Numbered from the stretch's first letter, positions 42,764 to 53,466 are shown. The stretch is 64,000 nt of DNA from Waterburya sp. (GCA_965217895.1 CBDCJV010000001.1:22928-86927), one strand, 5' to 3'. Numbers and translations: made by a program. Notes: generated by a model not told the origin, from the sequence alone.

Positions 42764-42781
42764 AAAATTATTATTTTGTTA

Positions 42782-43216
42782 ATGGAAATAAAAATTATCA
42801 AACTCAATGAAGCTGCGATCATCCCCAGCTATAGCCATCCTGGGGATGCAGGATTAGATTTATTTTCTATTGAAGAAGTAGAAATATTACCTGGAGAAAC
42901 TCAGTTAATCAACACAGGAATTGCGATCGCTTTACCGCTAAATACTGAAGCACAAATACGTCCTCGTAGTGGATTAGCACTCAAACATTCAATTACGGTT
43001 TTAAATTCTCCTGGCACAATTGACGCAGGATATAGAGGAGAAATCGGCGTTATTCTGATTAATCATGGAAAAAACAGATTTGAAGTAGTTCCAGGCATGA
43101 AAGTCGCACAAATGGTAGTTTGTTCGGTTATCCAAGCAAATTTAATGATAGCTAATGACCTAAACGTTACTGTCAGAGGCGATAATGGTTTTGGCTCAAC
43201 AGGAGAAAAAAAATAA
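42782..43216 (+). CDS. dut: dUTP diphosphatase
   Basis: [34 protein letters not shown]. Confidence 0.97.
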   Translation: MEIKIIKLNEAAIIPSYSHPGDAGLDLFSIEEVEILPGETQLINTGIAIALPLNTEAQIRPRSGLALKHSITVLNSPGTIDAGYRGEIGVILINHGKNRFEVVPGMKVAQMVVCSVIQANLMIANDLNVTVRGDNGFGSTGEKK

Positions 43217-43542
43217 TAAAATTTATTCACTGTTGAAAATTTTATTTGTGTTTGTCTACCCTAAATGACGTAAAAAGGCTTTTATTACACGAAAACAACT
43301 GACAAAGCTTATCTAAAACTTTTTTTCTTAGTATTTGTATGGCAATTGCCAAAGGTAAAAAAAGATACATAGTAAAGTTTTTCTGCTATTTTTTGTAATC
43401 ATTAAAAAATAATTAAGATAAACCTAAAAACTATATCTAGGGATTTATAACGTAGGAGAGATGCCTGATAAAAAGTATCTTTATAAAATGGGCTTGTTAA
43501 TACAAACTACACTTTTTGATTAAGAAAAATAACTCTAAGGCT

Positions 43543-44817
43543 ATGTTACCTAAAAATAGAGGAAAGGTTGCTCTGGTTTCTGTTCACGGAGATCCTGCTA
43601 TAGACATTGGCAAAGAAGAAGCTGGCGGACAAAATGTTTATGTCAGACAAGTGGGAGAAGCCTTAGCTCGACAGGGTTGGCAGGTAGATATGTTTACTCG
43701 TCGCAGTGATAAGTATCAGCCAGAAATTGTAGACCATAGTTCTAATTGCCGTACGATACGCTTAACGGCAGGACCTCAAGAATTTGTACCCAGACAAAAA
43801 ATATTTAATCACTTACCTGAATTTGTTAATGCCTTTTTCGATTTTCAGCATCAGCATCAAACTATTTATCCCCTCATTCACACTAATTATTGGCTTTCTG
43901 GCTGGGTAGGAATGGAGATTAAAAAACTTCAAACCGTCAGACATTTGCACACATATCACTCTTTGGGAGCAGTCAAATATCGTTCAATCAATACCATTCC
44001 TTTAATCGCTAAAACTCGTCTTCGTGTAGAAAAGCAATGTTTAGAGACAGCAGATATGATCATTGCTACTTCTCCCCAAGAACAAAAACATATGGAAACA
44101 TTAGTATCTCAACAAGGTAACACCACAGTTATTCCTTGTGGTACTAACATAAAATGCTTCGGTAGTATTAATCGCGACAAGGGCAGAGCTAAACTTGGCA
44201 TTAACCCAGACGATAAGGTGGTAATGTATGCAGGACGCTTTGACCAGCGTAAAGGCATAGAAACTTTGGTCAGGGCAGTTGCTAAAGATGAGGTTAAACG
44301 CCACGAAAATCTCAAACTAATGATCGTTGGCGGTTCTACCCCAGGAGAAAAAGATGGTCTAGAAAAAGAGCGTATTGCCGATATCGTTCGTGAACTGGGC
44401 ATTAAAGACATAACTACATTTGTTGGTCGAGTTCAGCACGAGGACTTAGCAGCTTATTATGCTGCTGCGGATATTTGCGTTGTTCCCAGTCATTACGAAC
44501 CTTTTGGCTTGGTAGCAATTGAAGCTATGGCTTCGCGAACTCCTGTAGTTGCCTCAAAGGTAGGCGGCTTAAAATTTTCTGTAGCTGATGAAGTTACTGG
44601 ATTACTTGTACCTCCCCAAAACGAAGCAGCATTTGCTCAAGCAATTGACTCTATCCTTTCTAATTCTCAATGGCGTAAACAATTAGGAACTAACGCTAGA
44701 GAGAGAGTTGAAGCCAAATTTAGTTGGGACGGTGTTGCTAATCAGTTAGATCGACAATATTTATTTGAATTGAATAAGCTATACGAAGAACTAGGATTAT
44801 TTAATCCCGCAGTTTAG
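43543..44817 (+). CDS. GT4 glycosyltransferase, sucrose-phosphate synthase-like (GT domain only)
   Basis: HGDPAIDIGKEEAGGQNVYV, HTNYWLSG, HSLGAVK, YEPFGLVAIEAMA; start codon uncertain (43516 or 43543). Confidence 0.85.
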   Translation: MLPKNRGKVALVSVHGDPAIDIGKEEAGGQNVYVRQVGEALARQGWQVDMFTRRSDKYQPEIVDHSSNCRTIRLTAGPQEFVPRQKIFNHLPEFVNAFFDFQHQHQTIYPLIHTNYWLSGWVGMEIKKLQTVRHLHTYHSLGAVKYRSINTIPLIAKTRLRVEKQCLETADMIIATSPQEQKHMETLVSQQGNTTVIPCGTNIKCFGSINRDKGRAKLGINPDDKVVMYAGRFDQRKGIETLVRAVAKDEVKRHENLKLMIVGGSTPGEKDGLEKERIADIVRELGIKDITTFVGRVQHEDLAAYYAAADICVVPSHYEPFGLVAIEAMASRTPVVASKVGGLKFSVADEVTGLLVPPQNEAAFAQAIDSILSNSQWRKQLGTNARERVEAKFSWDGVANQLDRQYLFELNKLYEELGLFNPAV

Positions 44818-44847
44818 CTTAATAAAACTATATAAATCGAGTAGAGA

Positions 44848-44880
44848 AGGGAGACAAGAAACAATTGTCTCCTTATTTTT
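44848..44880 (+). terminator. Probable terminator hairpin between convergent genes
   Basis: GGAGACAA / TTGTCTCC stem followed by TTATTTTT. Confidence 0.6.
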
Positions 44881-44992
44881 GTGTCTAAAATTGCTGCAAA
44901 TTGAAAGATGTCCTGATCTATGATTCGATAACGGAGGCAATCGATTATATAAGCAATAATTTGCCATTGTTGCTTTCTTTAGGACTACCAAA

Positions 44993-46090
44993 TTAATTAG
45001 GTATTAAAGTTTTACACTGTGCCTGATTAGATAAAAGGCGATCGCATAATACTAAAGCCACCATCGCTTCTACCATCGGCACTGCTCTTGGTAACACACA
45101 AGGATCGTGTCTTCCTTTAGCTGCCAACAGGGTTTCTTCACCACCTTTGGTAACTGTCTTTTGTTCTTTACCAATAGTCGCAGTAGGCTTGAATGCCACT
45201 CTAATTACGATATTTTCGCCGTTAGAAATGCCTCCTTGAACTCCTCCAGAACGATTGGAAACGGTACGAGTTTCACCATTTTCATCAATATAAAACTCAT
45301 CATTATGTTCACTTCCCGTCATGTTTGTGCCTGCAAAACCCGAACCAATTTCAAAGCCTTTGGTAGCAGGAAGAGACATAACACCTTTGGCTAAATCTGC
45401 TTCCAGTTTATCGAAGACAGGATCGCCTAAACCTTTGGGTACATGACGCGCTACACATTCTACTACCCCACCCAAAGAATCTTGCTCTTTTCTGGCTAAA
45501 TCAATGCGCTCGATCATCATCTGTGCGCACTCAGTATTAGGACAACGAACAATATTACTTTCTACCTGTTCTAAAGTTACGCTGTTGCTATCTACTTCTG
45601 CCTCTATGTCTTTAATGCGTTTAACGTAGGCGACAATTTCTACTCCTGCAACCTGCTTAAGAATCTTTTTAGCGATCGCGCCAGCAGCAACTCTACCGAT
45701 GGTTTCCCGCGCTGAAGAACGCCCGCCACCCTGATAGTTACGGATGCCATACTTAGCGTCATAGGTAGCATCTGCATGGGAAGGACGATATTTTATCGCC
45801 ATCTCATTGTAGTCTTGCGATCGTGCATCTTTATTCCGCACCAGGATTGATATTGGTGTCCCCGTAGTCTTACCTTCAAACACCCCAGAAATTATTTCAC
45901 AGGTATCACTTTCCTTTCTAGGGGTGGTAATTTTACTTTGTCCAGGTCTTCTGCGGTCTAAATCTACCTGTATTTCCGCTTCACTAATTTCTAGCAGAGG
46001 AGGACAACCATCAATAACCACGCCGACACCTCCGCCGTGAGATTCACCATAAGTTGTAATGCGAAATAGATGTCCGAATGTGTTACCCAT
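44993..46090 (-). CDS. aroC: Chorismate synthase (likely housekeeping copy)
   Basis: Same signature motifs as the 15179 copy; lies among core genes. Confidence 0.98.
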   Translation of the reverse strand: MGNTFGHLFRITTYGESHGGGVGVVIDGCPPLLEISEAEIQVDLDRRRPGQSKITTPRKESDTCEIISGVFEGKTTGTPISILVRNKDARSQDYNEMAIKYRPSHADATYDAKYGIRNYQGGGRSSARETIGRVAAGAIAKKILKQVAGVEIVAYVKRIKDIEAEVDSNSVTLEQVESNIVRCPNTECAQMMIERIDLARKEQDSLGGVVECVARHVPKGLGDPVFDKLEADLAKGVMSLPATKGFEIGSGFAGTNMTGSEHNDEFYIDENGETRTVSNRSGGVQGGISNGENIVIRVAFKPTATIGKEQKTVTKGGEETLLAAKGRHDPCVLPRAVPMVEAMVALVLCDRLLSNQAQCKTLIPN

Positions 46091-46159
46091 AAATGTTGCT
46101 TTAATGTTTAAGCGATTTGTATTTTATCGCAACTTCTACCTTTAATTTTTATCTACATA

Positions 46160-46396
46160 TCAAGAACTAATAGTGACAGTTAGAGTAAGTCCTGTCATGC
46201 GCCAGGTAGCAAAGCAGTTCTCAAATAGAATTTCACTAGCTGCGCCTAAATCACCATCCTCGCCAACATATCCACCTTCAATTAGTTTGCCACCTCTAGT
46301 TTCTAAGTTTAGACGTGTTTTGCCATCCTCTTCTTTTAAAATTAATTTTCCCCTAGCCAGTACTTGTCCTGCACGACTGATGATTGCACATTCCAT
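46160..46396 (-). CDS. Small hypothetical protein
   Basis: 78-aa ORF with plausible composition, co-oriented directly upstream of aroC. Confidence 0.7.
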   Translation of the reverse strand: MECAIISRAGQVLARGKLILKEEDGKTRLNLETRGGKLIEGGYVGEDGDLGAASEILFENCFATWRMTGLTLTVTISS

Positions 46397-46510
46397 TGAT
46401 AAGCTTTATAAGTATTTAAAAGTTACAAAGACTATCATCATCTCATAATTATCAGTAGATAAACAGCATGAACCAAGGCTGAATTAGATCGTGAACAAGT
46501 CACAGATTAT

Positions 46511-46606
46511 TCCGCTACGTCCGAACATAAACGGACAGACACATACGCAAGTGCGTCTTTGTGCTGTGATGCTATGTGTTTGTTGGTCAAACTTACCGAT
46601 AGCGGA
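46511..46606. ncRNA. Candidate structured RNA or repeat with four-way junction
   Basis: Stems TCCGCTA/TAGCGGA, GTCCG/CGGAC, AGACACATA/TATGTGTTT, TTGGT/ACCGA; no family recognised. Confidence 0.35.
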
Positions 46607-46761
46607 CAAGCCTTTTAAAATATTGCAGGCAAAAATATTATCACTTTAGCAAACAGGAATGGCGAACTAAAATTGAATCGGGTCAAATACTTTTAAATGA
46701 GCAAACTGTTACTATCATAACTATTCTTAAACCAATAGAAAACTTTTGAAGAATACAACGC

Positions 46762-47121
46762 CTATTTTTCTTTTGATGGGGACATTTTCATTTTTGAATT
46801 GGAATCTTCGTCAGGCATCATCATATTATGTCCTCCATGTGGCTGTACGATACTCATAGTAGTTTTGCCAAAACTTAGCAATCCCATCGAAACGCTTCCT
46901 ACACTCAGCAACCCCATCGAAACCAAACCAACAGAAACTACACCCATTGGTACGAGTCCAATCGAAATAAAGCCGTGAGGAACTGCACCAATCGAGATTA
47001 AGCCATGAGGAGAAACACCAATAGTAATAATGCCATTGTGTGGTGCATAACCAATATTAATCAGCTTTCTTTTTCCTTTTCTTTTTTTGCTCGAATGTTC
47101 TTGTTGCTCGTCAATAGCCAT
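46762..47121 (-). CDS. Hypothetical protein with 10-residue Gly-rich repeats and His/Met-rich tail
   Basis: Repeats GLISIGAVPH / GFISIGLVPM / GVVSVGLVSM; tail PHGGHNMMM. Confidence 0.7.
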   Translation of the reverse strand: MAIDEQQEHSSKKRKGKRKLINIGYAPHNGIITIGVSPHGLISIGAVPHGFISIGLVPMGVVSVGLVSMGLLSVGSVSMGLLSFGKTTMSIVQPHGGHNMMMPDEDSNSKMKMSPSKEK

Positions 47122-47379
47122 TTATCTTTACGGGTAGTTTCTGGATTCACTGCTGAGCAATCATAGCCAAAAGCTGTCAATTTAGTCAAAAGACAGGCTG
47201 TCATAGTTAGGCAAAATAATTTATAGCAATGCGTTAATTGGCTAATACAGAAAGGCTACTAGTTTAAAAGTAGTAATTTTAACTCATTGACTGTTTTTAA
47301 GATTCCTATCTTGAACAGGAAACTACTTTCCAATGTTTCGTACTCTCAAGCTAAATTGACTGTGACAACCGATAATTGA

Positions 47380-47793
47380 TTATTTAGCGTCCAAACGAGA
47401 TCGAATACTATCTAATTGTACAGAATTACTAACGGGCGATCGCGGTGCTGGTAGTTCAGTATTAGGCCAGTTTTGCAGATCGCTACATACGCAGTCTAAG
47501 GATTGTGTACCCATCTCAACAATTGGTACAGGCATATTGCATCTAGCGCAACTGCTTATATCCCAGTTAGGAGAAAGTAGATCTTCAATAGTTTCATTGC
47601 TTCCTTCTAAGTAGCAGTTTTGACCGCTGACGCTTATTACTTTTTGCCAGCAGTCTTCAAACTGAGGCGAAATTTGCTCCCCTCGTATAACTGGCTGGGG
47701 TAATAATTCGGCTTCCCCGTTAAGCCAGATTAGCTTTTTGCCTAACTGAAACCAGTGAGCGAGATAAGTTCTAACTTGCGTTGCTGATGCCAT
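47380..47793 (-). CDS. Cys-rich hypothetical protein
   Basis: YLAHWFQLGKK, CARCNMP, WPN.ELP.PR; 137 aa. Confidence 0.8.
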   Translation of the reverse strand: MASATQVRTYLAHWFQLGKKLIWLNGEAELLPQPVIRGEQISPQFEDCWQKVISVSGQNCYLEGSNETIEDLLSPNWDISSCARCNMPVPIVEMGTQSLDCVCSDLQNWPNTELPAPRSPVSNSVQLDSIRSRLDAK

Positions 47794-48081
47794 AAATAAA
47801 CTGTAGTCTTATATATTTATAATTATATTAGAAACAGTAGCTCCTGAAATCGGCAATTGTCTTGGTGCGCTTTACTCTTTGCAGAGGACTGTTGCAAGAC
47901 AGCTTAAGAAACCTAAGCATTTGCGCACTTCAAAGTAGACGCGGTTTAACTTATCGATTTGTATTGCTTAATGTAGCTCTTAATCTTTCATTGTCTTGCA
48001 TAACGCCAGCTAATTAGGGTTGCAATTGAGTTGATTTTGATATTTGCAGGGTTACAATTTACCATATTGTTCTGACAAGAA

Positions 48082-48108
48082 AAAACCTAGCCTTTAAGCT
48101 AGGTTTTG
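48082..48108. terminator. Bidirectional terminator-like hairpin
   Basis: AAAACCTAGC-CTTTAA-GCTAGGTTTT. Confidence 0.65.
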
Positions 48109-48349
48109 GAGCAAGACTATTGGGTTAGGCTAGCTATGAAGAGCAATATTTATCTTTGACTAGGCTAACGGCAAAAAAATTTTGTATTCAACTATTTTAT
48201 TTAGTGAACAAAATTATCATCCTATTTATTGCTATAAATAACAACAGTATATTTACGAAAATTTGCTTGATAGTTCTCGTTTTTGTTAGTTATTTTTACT
48301 GAAATCAATAAAGTGTTAAAAAATGCCTGTCAATAACTCTAACTAATTA

Positions 48350-49285
48350 ATGAATCGCGATCGCCTGACTCGTTGGCTCTATCCTGCCTTGGGATGTCTG
48401 TTGCTGGTTTTTTCTGTTTATTTACTCAATAATGAATTAGGGCGATATAGCCTGGATGATATTTTAGACAGCTTATCTAGGATAAATGATCGCCAATTAT
48501 ATAGTGCGATCGCTTTTACTATTCTCAATTATTTAGTAATTAGTAGTTATGATTTAATTGCTTTTCTACATCTCCGATATTGTCTGAGTATCAAGCGAAT
48601 TTTATTTACCACCTTTATCACCTATGCTATTAGCAACACTACAGGTTTTACTCTACTTATTGGCGGAGGAATTCGCTATCGTTTTTACTCTATCTGGGAT
48701 GTCCCAACTAAAAACATTGCCAAAATAATTGCTTTGGGCAATCTTACTTTTTGGCTGGGAATATTAACCTTAAGTGGTCTAACATTTATTTTTAATCCCC
48801 TACAGTTACCTAAATCTATAAGTTTTGATGTCTCATTAATTCGCTATCTAGGAATTGTTTGTTTAATCTTAATCGGAATTTATTTATTTTTATGCAGACG
48901 TAGAAAACGTTTAAGAATTGGCAGAAAGATAATTCGTTTTCCTAGGCTTGCTATTTCTCTATCTCAAATTGCCATATTATCATTAGATTGGGGGTCGGCA
49001 GCAGCAGTTTTATACTGCCTAATTCCTGACTATGTAGGTAAATCTTACCTAAGCTTTTTTGGTATTTACTTATTTAGTATGACGATCTCGATTTTAAGTA
49101 ATATTCCTGGTGGAATTGGCATATTTGAAACCATCATTGTATTTCTGTTGCCCAAAATTCCTACAGCCAATATTTTAGGTTCACTTTTGGCATATCGAGC
49201 AATTCGTTTTTTACTGCCTTTGTTGACTGCAATTATCTTGGTTTGCTGCTTTGAACTCCAGCGAAAATTTAGAAAAAACTCTTAA
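48350..49285 (+). CDS. UPF0104 / MprF transmembrane-domain protein without synthase domain
   Basis: GGGIRYRFYS, SNIPGGIGIFE, LLAYRAI. Confidence 0.85.
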   Translation: MNRDRLTRWLYPALGCLLLVFSVYLLNNELGRYSLDDILDSLSRINDRQLYSAIAFTILNYLVISSYDLIAFLHLRYCLSIKRILFTTFITYAISNTTGFTLLIGGGIRYRFYSIWDVPTKNIAKIIALGNLTFWLGILTLSGLTFIFNPLQLPKSISFDVSLIRYLGIVCLILIGIYLFLCRRRKRLRIGRKIIRFPRLAISLSQIAILSLDWGSAAAVLYCLIPDYVGKSYLSFFGIYLFSMTISILSNIPGGIGIFETIIVFLLPKIPTANILGSLLAYRAIRFLLPLLTAIILVCCFELQRKFRKNS

Positions 49286-49410
49286 ATAATACCTCTACGC
49301 GGAAGTAATAAGTAATAGGTAAAAAGTTAAATCTTTTAGTAAAAATCGCCAAAATACCCCCCCATAGGATTGCTTTTTTTCAGTAAAAATACTTAAGATT
49401 TACAAATGAA

Positions 49411-50208
49411 ATGGCAGTAGGTAAAAATATTAATATTGCCAAAATAGTCAAAATACAAACAATTACTATTGTGTTATCAATTTTATCTCTTAGTAACTGG
49501 TTATTTTGGAATTGGCAGCCGTCCTTGGCAATGCATATTCCAGATGGGTTTTTAAACCTGCCAGTTAGTTTGGTGACTTGGGTTATTGCGATCGCCCTAA
49601 TCATCGTCGCCTTAAATCAAGTGCAGGCGAGATATCAAGAGCGAACAGTTCCCATTATGGGAGTCTGCGCTGCTTTTATCTTTGCTGCTCAAATGATTAA
49701 TTTTCCTATACCAGGAGGAACTTCTGGTCATTTATTAGGAGGAACGCTAGCGGGAATTTTACTTGGTCCCTGGGCGGGTACTTTGGTAGTAAGTGTAGTA
49801 TTTATCGTCCAAGCGGTTTTCTTTCAAGACGGTGGCATTACCGTATTAGGAGCAAATATTGTCAATATGGGGCTAATCGGCACTTTTGGCGGTTATTACC
49901 TTTATCGGGCAATTCGCTCGGCGATCGGTCGCGATAGCTGGCGCGGGATGGCGATCGCTACAGTCATAAGTGCTTGGACAAGTGTATTTATTGCTTCAAT
50001 TGTAGCTGCTACAGAACTAGCCCTATCAGGAACTGTACCCTTAAATGTAGCCATATCGGCAATGGCATTCTGGCACTTGCTAATTGGCATCGGCGAAGCA
50101 TTAATTACCTTAGCGGTAGTCAGTTTTATTTGGCGAACTCGACCAGATTTGCTTTACGATCCTCGCCAAAACAAATTATCTCGTTCACGTCCAGTAGTAC
50201 AGCGTTAA
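49411..50208 (+). CDS. cbiM: ECF Ni/Co transporter substrate-binding subunit CbiM/NikM
   Basis: MHIPDG at 49531 preceded by a signal-like leader ending SLA; GGTSGHLLGG; QDGG. Confidence 0.93.
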   Translation: MAVGKNINIAKIVKIQTITIVLSILSLSNWLFWNWQPSLAMHIPDGFLNLPVSLVTWVIAIALIIVALNQVQARYQERTVPIMGVCAAFIFAAQMINFPIPGGTSGHLLGGTLAGILLGPWAGTLVVSVVFIVQAVFFQDGGITVLGANIVNMGLIGTFGGYYLYRAIRSAIGRDSWRGMAIATVISAWTSVFIASIVAATELALSGTVPLNVAISAMAFWHLLIGIGEALITLAVVSFIWRTRPDLLYDPRQNKLSRSRPVVQR

Positions 50209-50238
50209 TTAGATCTAATTAAATAGGATTTTAAATTT

Positions 50239-50601
50239 ATGAGTAATAAACATCCAGATCGTAACTTCGCTTTTATTATTACTGGCTTAGGTGTGGCATT
50301 GCTAATTGCCATTTTTGTTTCTCCTTTTGCCAGCCCAAACCCCGATGGACTCGATCGCGTTTCCCAAGATTTAAAGTTCGGAAATCGCGCTGCTGAAGAC
50401 ACACCGGCACACAAATTACCTTTTGCTCGAGTATTCGATGAATACTCCCTTAAAGGCGTACCCGCAGGAATAGCGACACCTATGGCAGGTTTAGTTGGAA
50501 CATTAGTTACTTTTGGTTTGGCGTGGGGAGTTGGTAAGCTGGTGGTTAAAAAATCCCATTCATCTGCCGATAATCATCTTTCTTCTCATCAAGAAGAGTA
50601 A
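50239..50601 (+). CDS. PDGLE-domain protein (NikN-like)
   Basis: ASPNPDGLDRV between two TM helices; operon context. Confidence 0.9.
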   Translation: MSNKHPDRNFAFIITGLGVALLIAIFVSPFASPNPDGLDRVSQDLKFGNRAAEDTPAHKLPFARVFDEYSLKGVPAGIATPMAGLVGTLVTFGLAWGVGKLVVKKSHSSADNHLSSHQEE

Positions 50602-50637
50602 CGAACGAACAAATCAAATCAATTAAGAAGTAAGTGA

Positions 50638-51420
50638 ATGCTATTGCTACATCTTGGGGCGTTTCATTTAGACATCGATAGCAAACAAGCTACTTTCTGG
50701 CATTCTCTTGCTCCCCGTACTCGTCTATTGTCTGCCTTACTCATGGTATTTGCGATCGCCCTGACCCCAAATGGGCGTTGGTGGACTTGGGCAATCTACA
50801 GCTTAGGAGTAGTCGGTGTAGTTTTTTTCAGTCGCGTAACCAAAAAAGTACTATTTAAAAGGATCGCCGTTGAGTTTGCTTTTATTGGTGTTGTGCTGTT
50901 GGGAACTTTATTTCGAGACGGCGGTGAAGTTCTTTGGTCTTGGGGAATACTACGAGTCACTACAGAAGGCTTAACTGTTTTGGGAAGTGTCACGATCAAG
51001 GCTTTACTATCGCTGCTGACGCTAAACATACTAACTCTTACTACTTCAGTTCCAGCCCTGCTCAATGCTTTGACCGCCTTACGAGTACCTCCACTATTGG
51101 TTGCCACTTTGGCATCAATGTATCGTTATATCGGCGTTTTAATTAGAGAATTTCAGGCAATGCGTAAAGCTGCTGCCTCTCGCAACCTATCTAATAGTAG
51201 TGTTTGGCAACGGCTCGTTATTGGCAACATGATAGGTACTTTATTTATTCGCACTTACGAGCGAGGAGAACGAGTTTATCAAGCGATGCTAGCCCGTGGT
51301 TATCAGGGAGTACCTGTAGTCGAAAAAGTACCTTCTGGCGGACGACGGGATGCAATGGTAATTACCCTAACCACGGCTTTAGCACTACTAGGACAAGCTA
51401 TTTATTTACCGCAGTGGTAG
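50638..51420 (+). CDS. cbiQ: ECF transporter T component
   Basis: MYRYI, AASR, RTYERGERVYQAMLARG. Confidence 0.93.
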   Translation: MLLLHLGAFHLDIDSKQATFWHSLAPRTRLLSALLMVFAIALTPNGRWWTWAIYSLGVVGVVFFSRVTKKVLFKRIAVEFAFIGVVLLGTLFRDGGEVLWSWGILRVTTEGLTVLGSVTIKALLSLLTLNILTLTTSVPALLNALTALRVPPLLVATLASMYRYIGVLIREFQAMRKAAASRNLSNSSVWQRLVIGNMIGTLFIRTYERGERVYQAMLARGYQGVPVVEKVPSGGRRDAMVITLTTALALLGQAIYLPQW

Positions 51421-51433
51421 TAGAGAAAACTTA

Positions 51434-51497
51434 GTAAGGTGGGCAAGAACATTTTTGAGTATGTTATCAAGTCAAATCTGGGTGTTGCCCACCCTAC
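51434..51497. repeat. GTAG-type REP-like palindromic pair
   Basis: GTAAGGTGGGCAA ... TTGCCCACCCTAC. Confidence 0.7.
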
Positions 51498-51522
51498 CTA
51501 AAAATTAATTGCTCAAATTTTA

Positions 51523-52305
51523 ATGCACCATAATCCAATCATCATTGAAAATCTTACCTATACTTACCCTGATGGAACTAAAGCTTTAAACAACATTAAT
51601 TTAGCCATCGAAGCGGGTGAAAGAGTTGCACTTATCGGTGCTAATGGTTCGGGCAAGTCAACTTTACAATTACACCTTAATGGAATTATTTTGCCTCAAT
51701 CAGGCACGATTCAAGTAGGAGAATGGTTAATTGATTCAGATAATTTGCGCGACATTCGTAATTTTGTTGGCTTAGTCTTTCAAAATCCTGATAATCAGCT
51801 ATTCATGCCTACAGTTTGGGATGATGTCACTTTTGGCCCTAAAAATCGTGGCTGGCGAGATGAAGAATTAAGCGAGCGAGCTAAAAACGCCATGATGATG
51901 GTTGATATCGATCCAGAATATTATGGATCGAGAAATACCGAAAATTTATCGGGGGGAGAGAAAAAACGAATTGCGATCGCCGGAGTTTTGGCAATGGAAC
52001 CCCAGGTGTTAGTTTTGGATGAACCCTCGGCACAGTTAGATCCTCGTTCTCGCCGTCAATTGATTGAACTATTAAAAAATTTGTCTCTAACTCAACTAGT
52101 GGCAACCCACGATTTAGACTTAGCTTTAGAACTTTGCGATCGCACTGTCGTTTTAAGTCAAGGTCAGATTGTTTATGATGGAGCAACTGAAAAAATTATG
52201 AGTAACCCTGATTTTTTGGTACAGCATTCATTAGAGTCCCCTTTGTCTTATAGTCGTCCCTATTGTTTGCTAGAAGATACACCTTTAGCCACAATTCCCG
52301 TCTAA
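51523..52305 (+). CDS. cbiO: ECF transporter ATPase
   Basis: GANGSGKST, FQNPDNQLF, LSGGEKKR, THDLD. Confidence 0.94.
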   Translation: MHHNPIIIENLTYTYPDGTKALNNINLAIEAGERVALIGANGSGKSTLQLHLNGIILPQSGTIQVGEWLIDSDNLRDIRNFVGLVFQNPDNQLFMPTVWDDVTFGPKNRGWRDEELSERAKNAMMMVDIDPEYYGSRNTENLSGGEKKRIAIAGVLAMEPQVLVLDEPSAQLDPRSRRQLIELLKNLSLTQLVATHDLDLALELCDRTVVLSQGQIVYDGATEKIMSNPDFLVQHSLESPLSYSRPYCLLEDTPLATIPV

Positions 52306-52441
52306 GACGAACCAATTAAGGCGATCGCACTGTCGTTACATTGTTGATTAGTGTCAACCCAAAAATTTGTGGTGACTACAATCTTTTTGGCTGTTTTTTG
52401 CTTTTGTTCTCATTGCGATCGACAAGATCGCAAACACTCAG

Positions 52442-52512
52442 AGGCGACACCCAGACTCGAACTGGGGATAATGGATTTGCAATCCACGGCCTTACCACTT
52501 GGCTATGTCGCC
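52442..52512 (-). tRNA. tRNA-Cys(GCA)
   Basis: GGCGACATAGCCAAGTGGTAAGGCCGTGGATTGCAAATCCATTATCCCCAGTTCGAGTCTGGGTGTCGCCT folds as a cloverleaf. Confidence 0.97.
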
Positions 52513-52806
52513 CTACACTTTCGCGTAATGCTCAATTAGTATATCAAACTTTATTCACTATTAAAACATTACGCCTTGACAAAAACAGAAAGGTTTAAAA
52601 ATAAGTAGCAAGGTTTTGAGAGAGATTGTTAGTAATGAACTGACAAATGACAAGCACAAATAGCTGCTTTAATAATTGATGGTTTGTAACTGACATATAA
52701 ATAATAAAATCAACAATTAAACTAAAATAGCCTTCTCATTCTCTTGATAATCTGAAAGACAATGATATTGTTTCTAACTTTAAAACTTTGAAATTTTATT
52801 GATGAT

Positions 52807-53466
52807 ATGGCAAAGCAATTTAGTCTTGATTTATTCGGTGCAAGTAAAGCTGAGAACCAAAAATATTTCACAGCTTTGACTTTACCGTCTGGTAAATCTA
52901 TGCCTGATGGAGAGGTTATTGTTTACCCAAGTTTTTTTGCAGAATTGGAAAGTGACCGACTGTTTAAGCAATTATTAAGCACAACTTATTGGCGACAAGA
53001 TAGGATAAAGATGTTTGGAAAAGAAGTGGATTTGCCTAGATTGACTACTTGGTATGGAGATGAAGGTAAATCCTATAAGTATTCAGGCATTAAAATGAAT
53101 CCTGATGTTTGGACACCAACATTGCTTTTGATCAAAGAAAGAGTTAAAAAAGCAATAAAACTTAATTTTGATAGTGTCTTGATAAATTTATATCGTCATG
53201 GAAAAGATTATATGTCATGGCACAGTGATGACGAGCTAGAATTAGGTAAAAATCCAATTATTGCTTCAGTAAGTTTTGGTGCAACAAGGCGTTTTCAATT
53301 AAGACATAAATCAAATAAAGATTTAGATACCGTTGAATTGTCTCTGACTCATGGCAGTCTAATTATTATGAAAGGTTCGACACAACATTTTTGGAAACAT
53401 CAAGTACCTAAAACTACAAAAGTATCAACTCCAAGAATAAACTTAACTTTTAGAACCATAATATAG
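52807..53466 (+). CDS. AlkB-family 2OG-Fe(II) dioxygenase (ALKBH2/3-like)
   Basis: PRLTTWYG, WHSDDE, SVSFGATRRF, WKHQVPK, RINLTFR. Confidence 0.94.
   Translation: MAKQFSLDLFGASKAENQKYFTALTLPSGKSMPDGEVIVYPSFFAELESDRLFKQLLSTTYWRQDRIKMFGKEVDLPRLTTWYGDEGKSYKYSGIKMNPDVWTPTLLLIKERVKKAIKLNFDSVLINLYRHGKDYMSWHSDDELELGKNPIIASVSFGATRRFQLRHKSNKDLDTVELSLTHGSLIIMKGSTQHFWKHQVPKTTKVSTPRINLTFRTII

Noticed and set aside
49286..49410. Cobalamin riboswitch upstream of cbiM
   Set aside because: Region is short and AT-rich with no recognisable B12-box elements.
52341..52598. Two plus-strand ORFs after cbiO
   Set aside because: They overlap the minus-strand tRNA-Cys and show no coding features.
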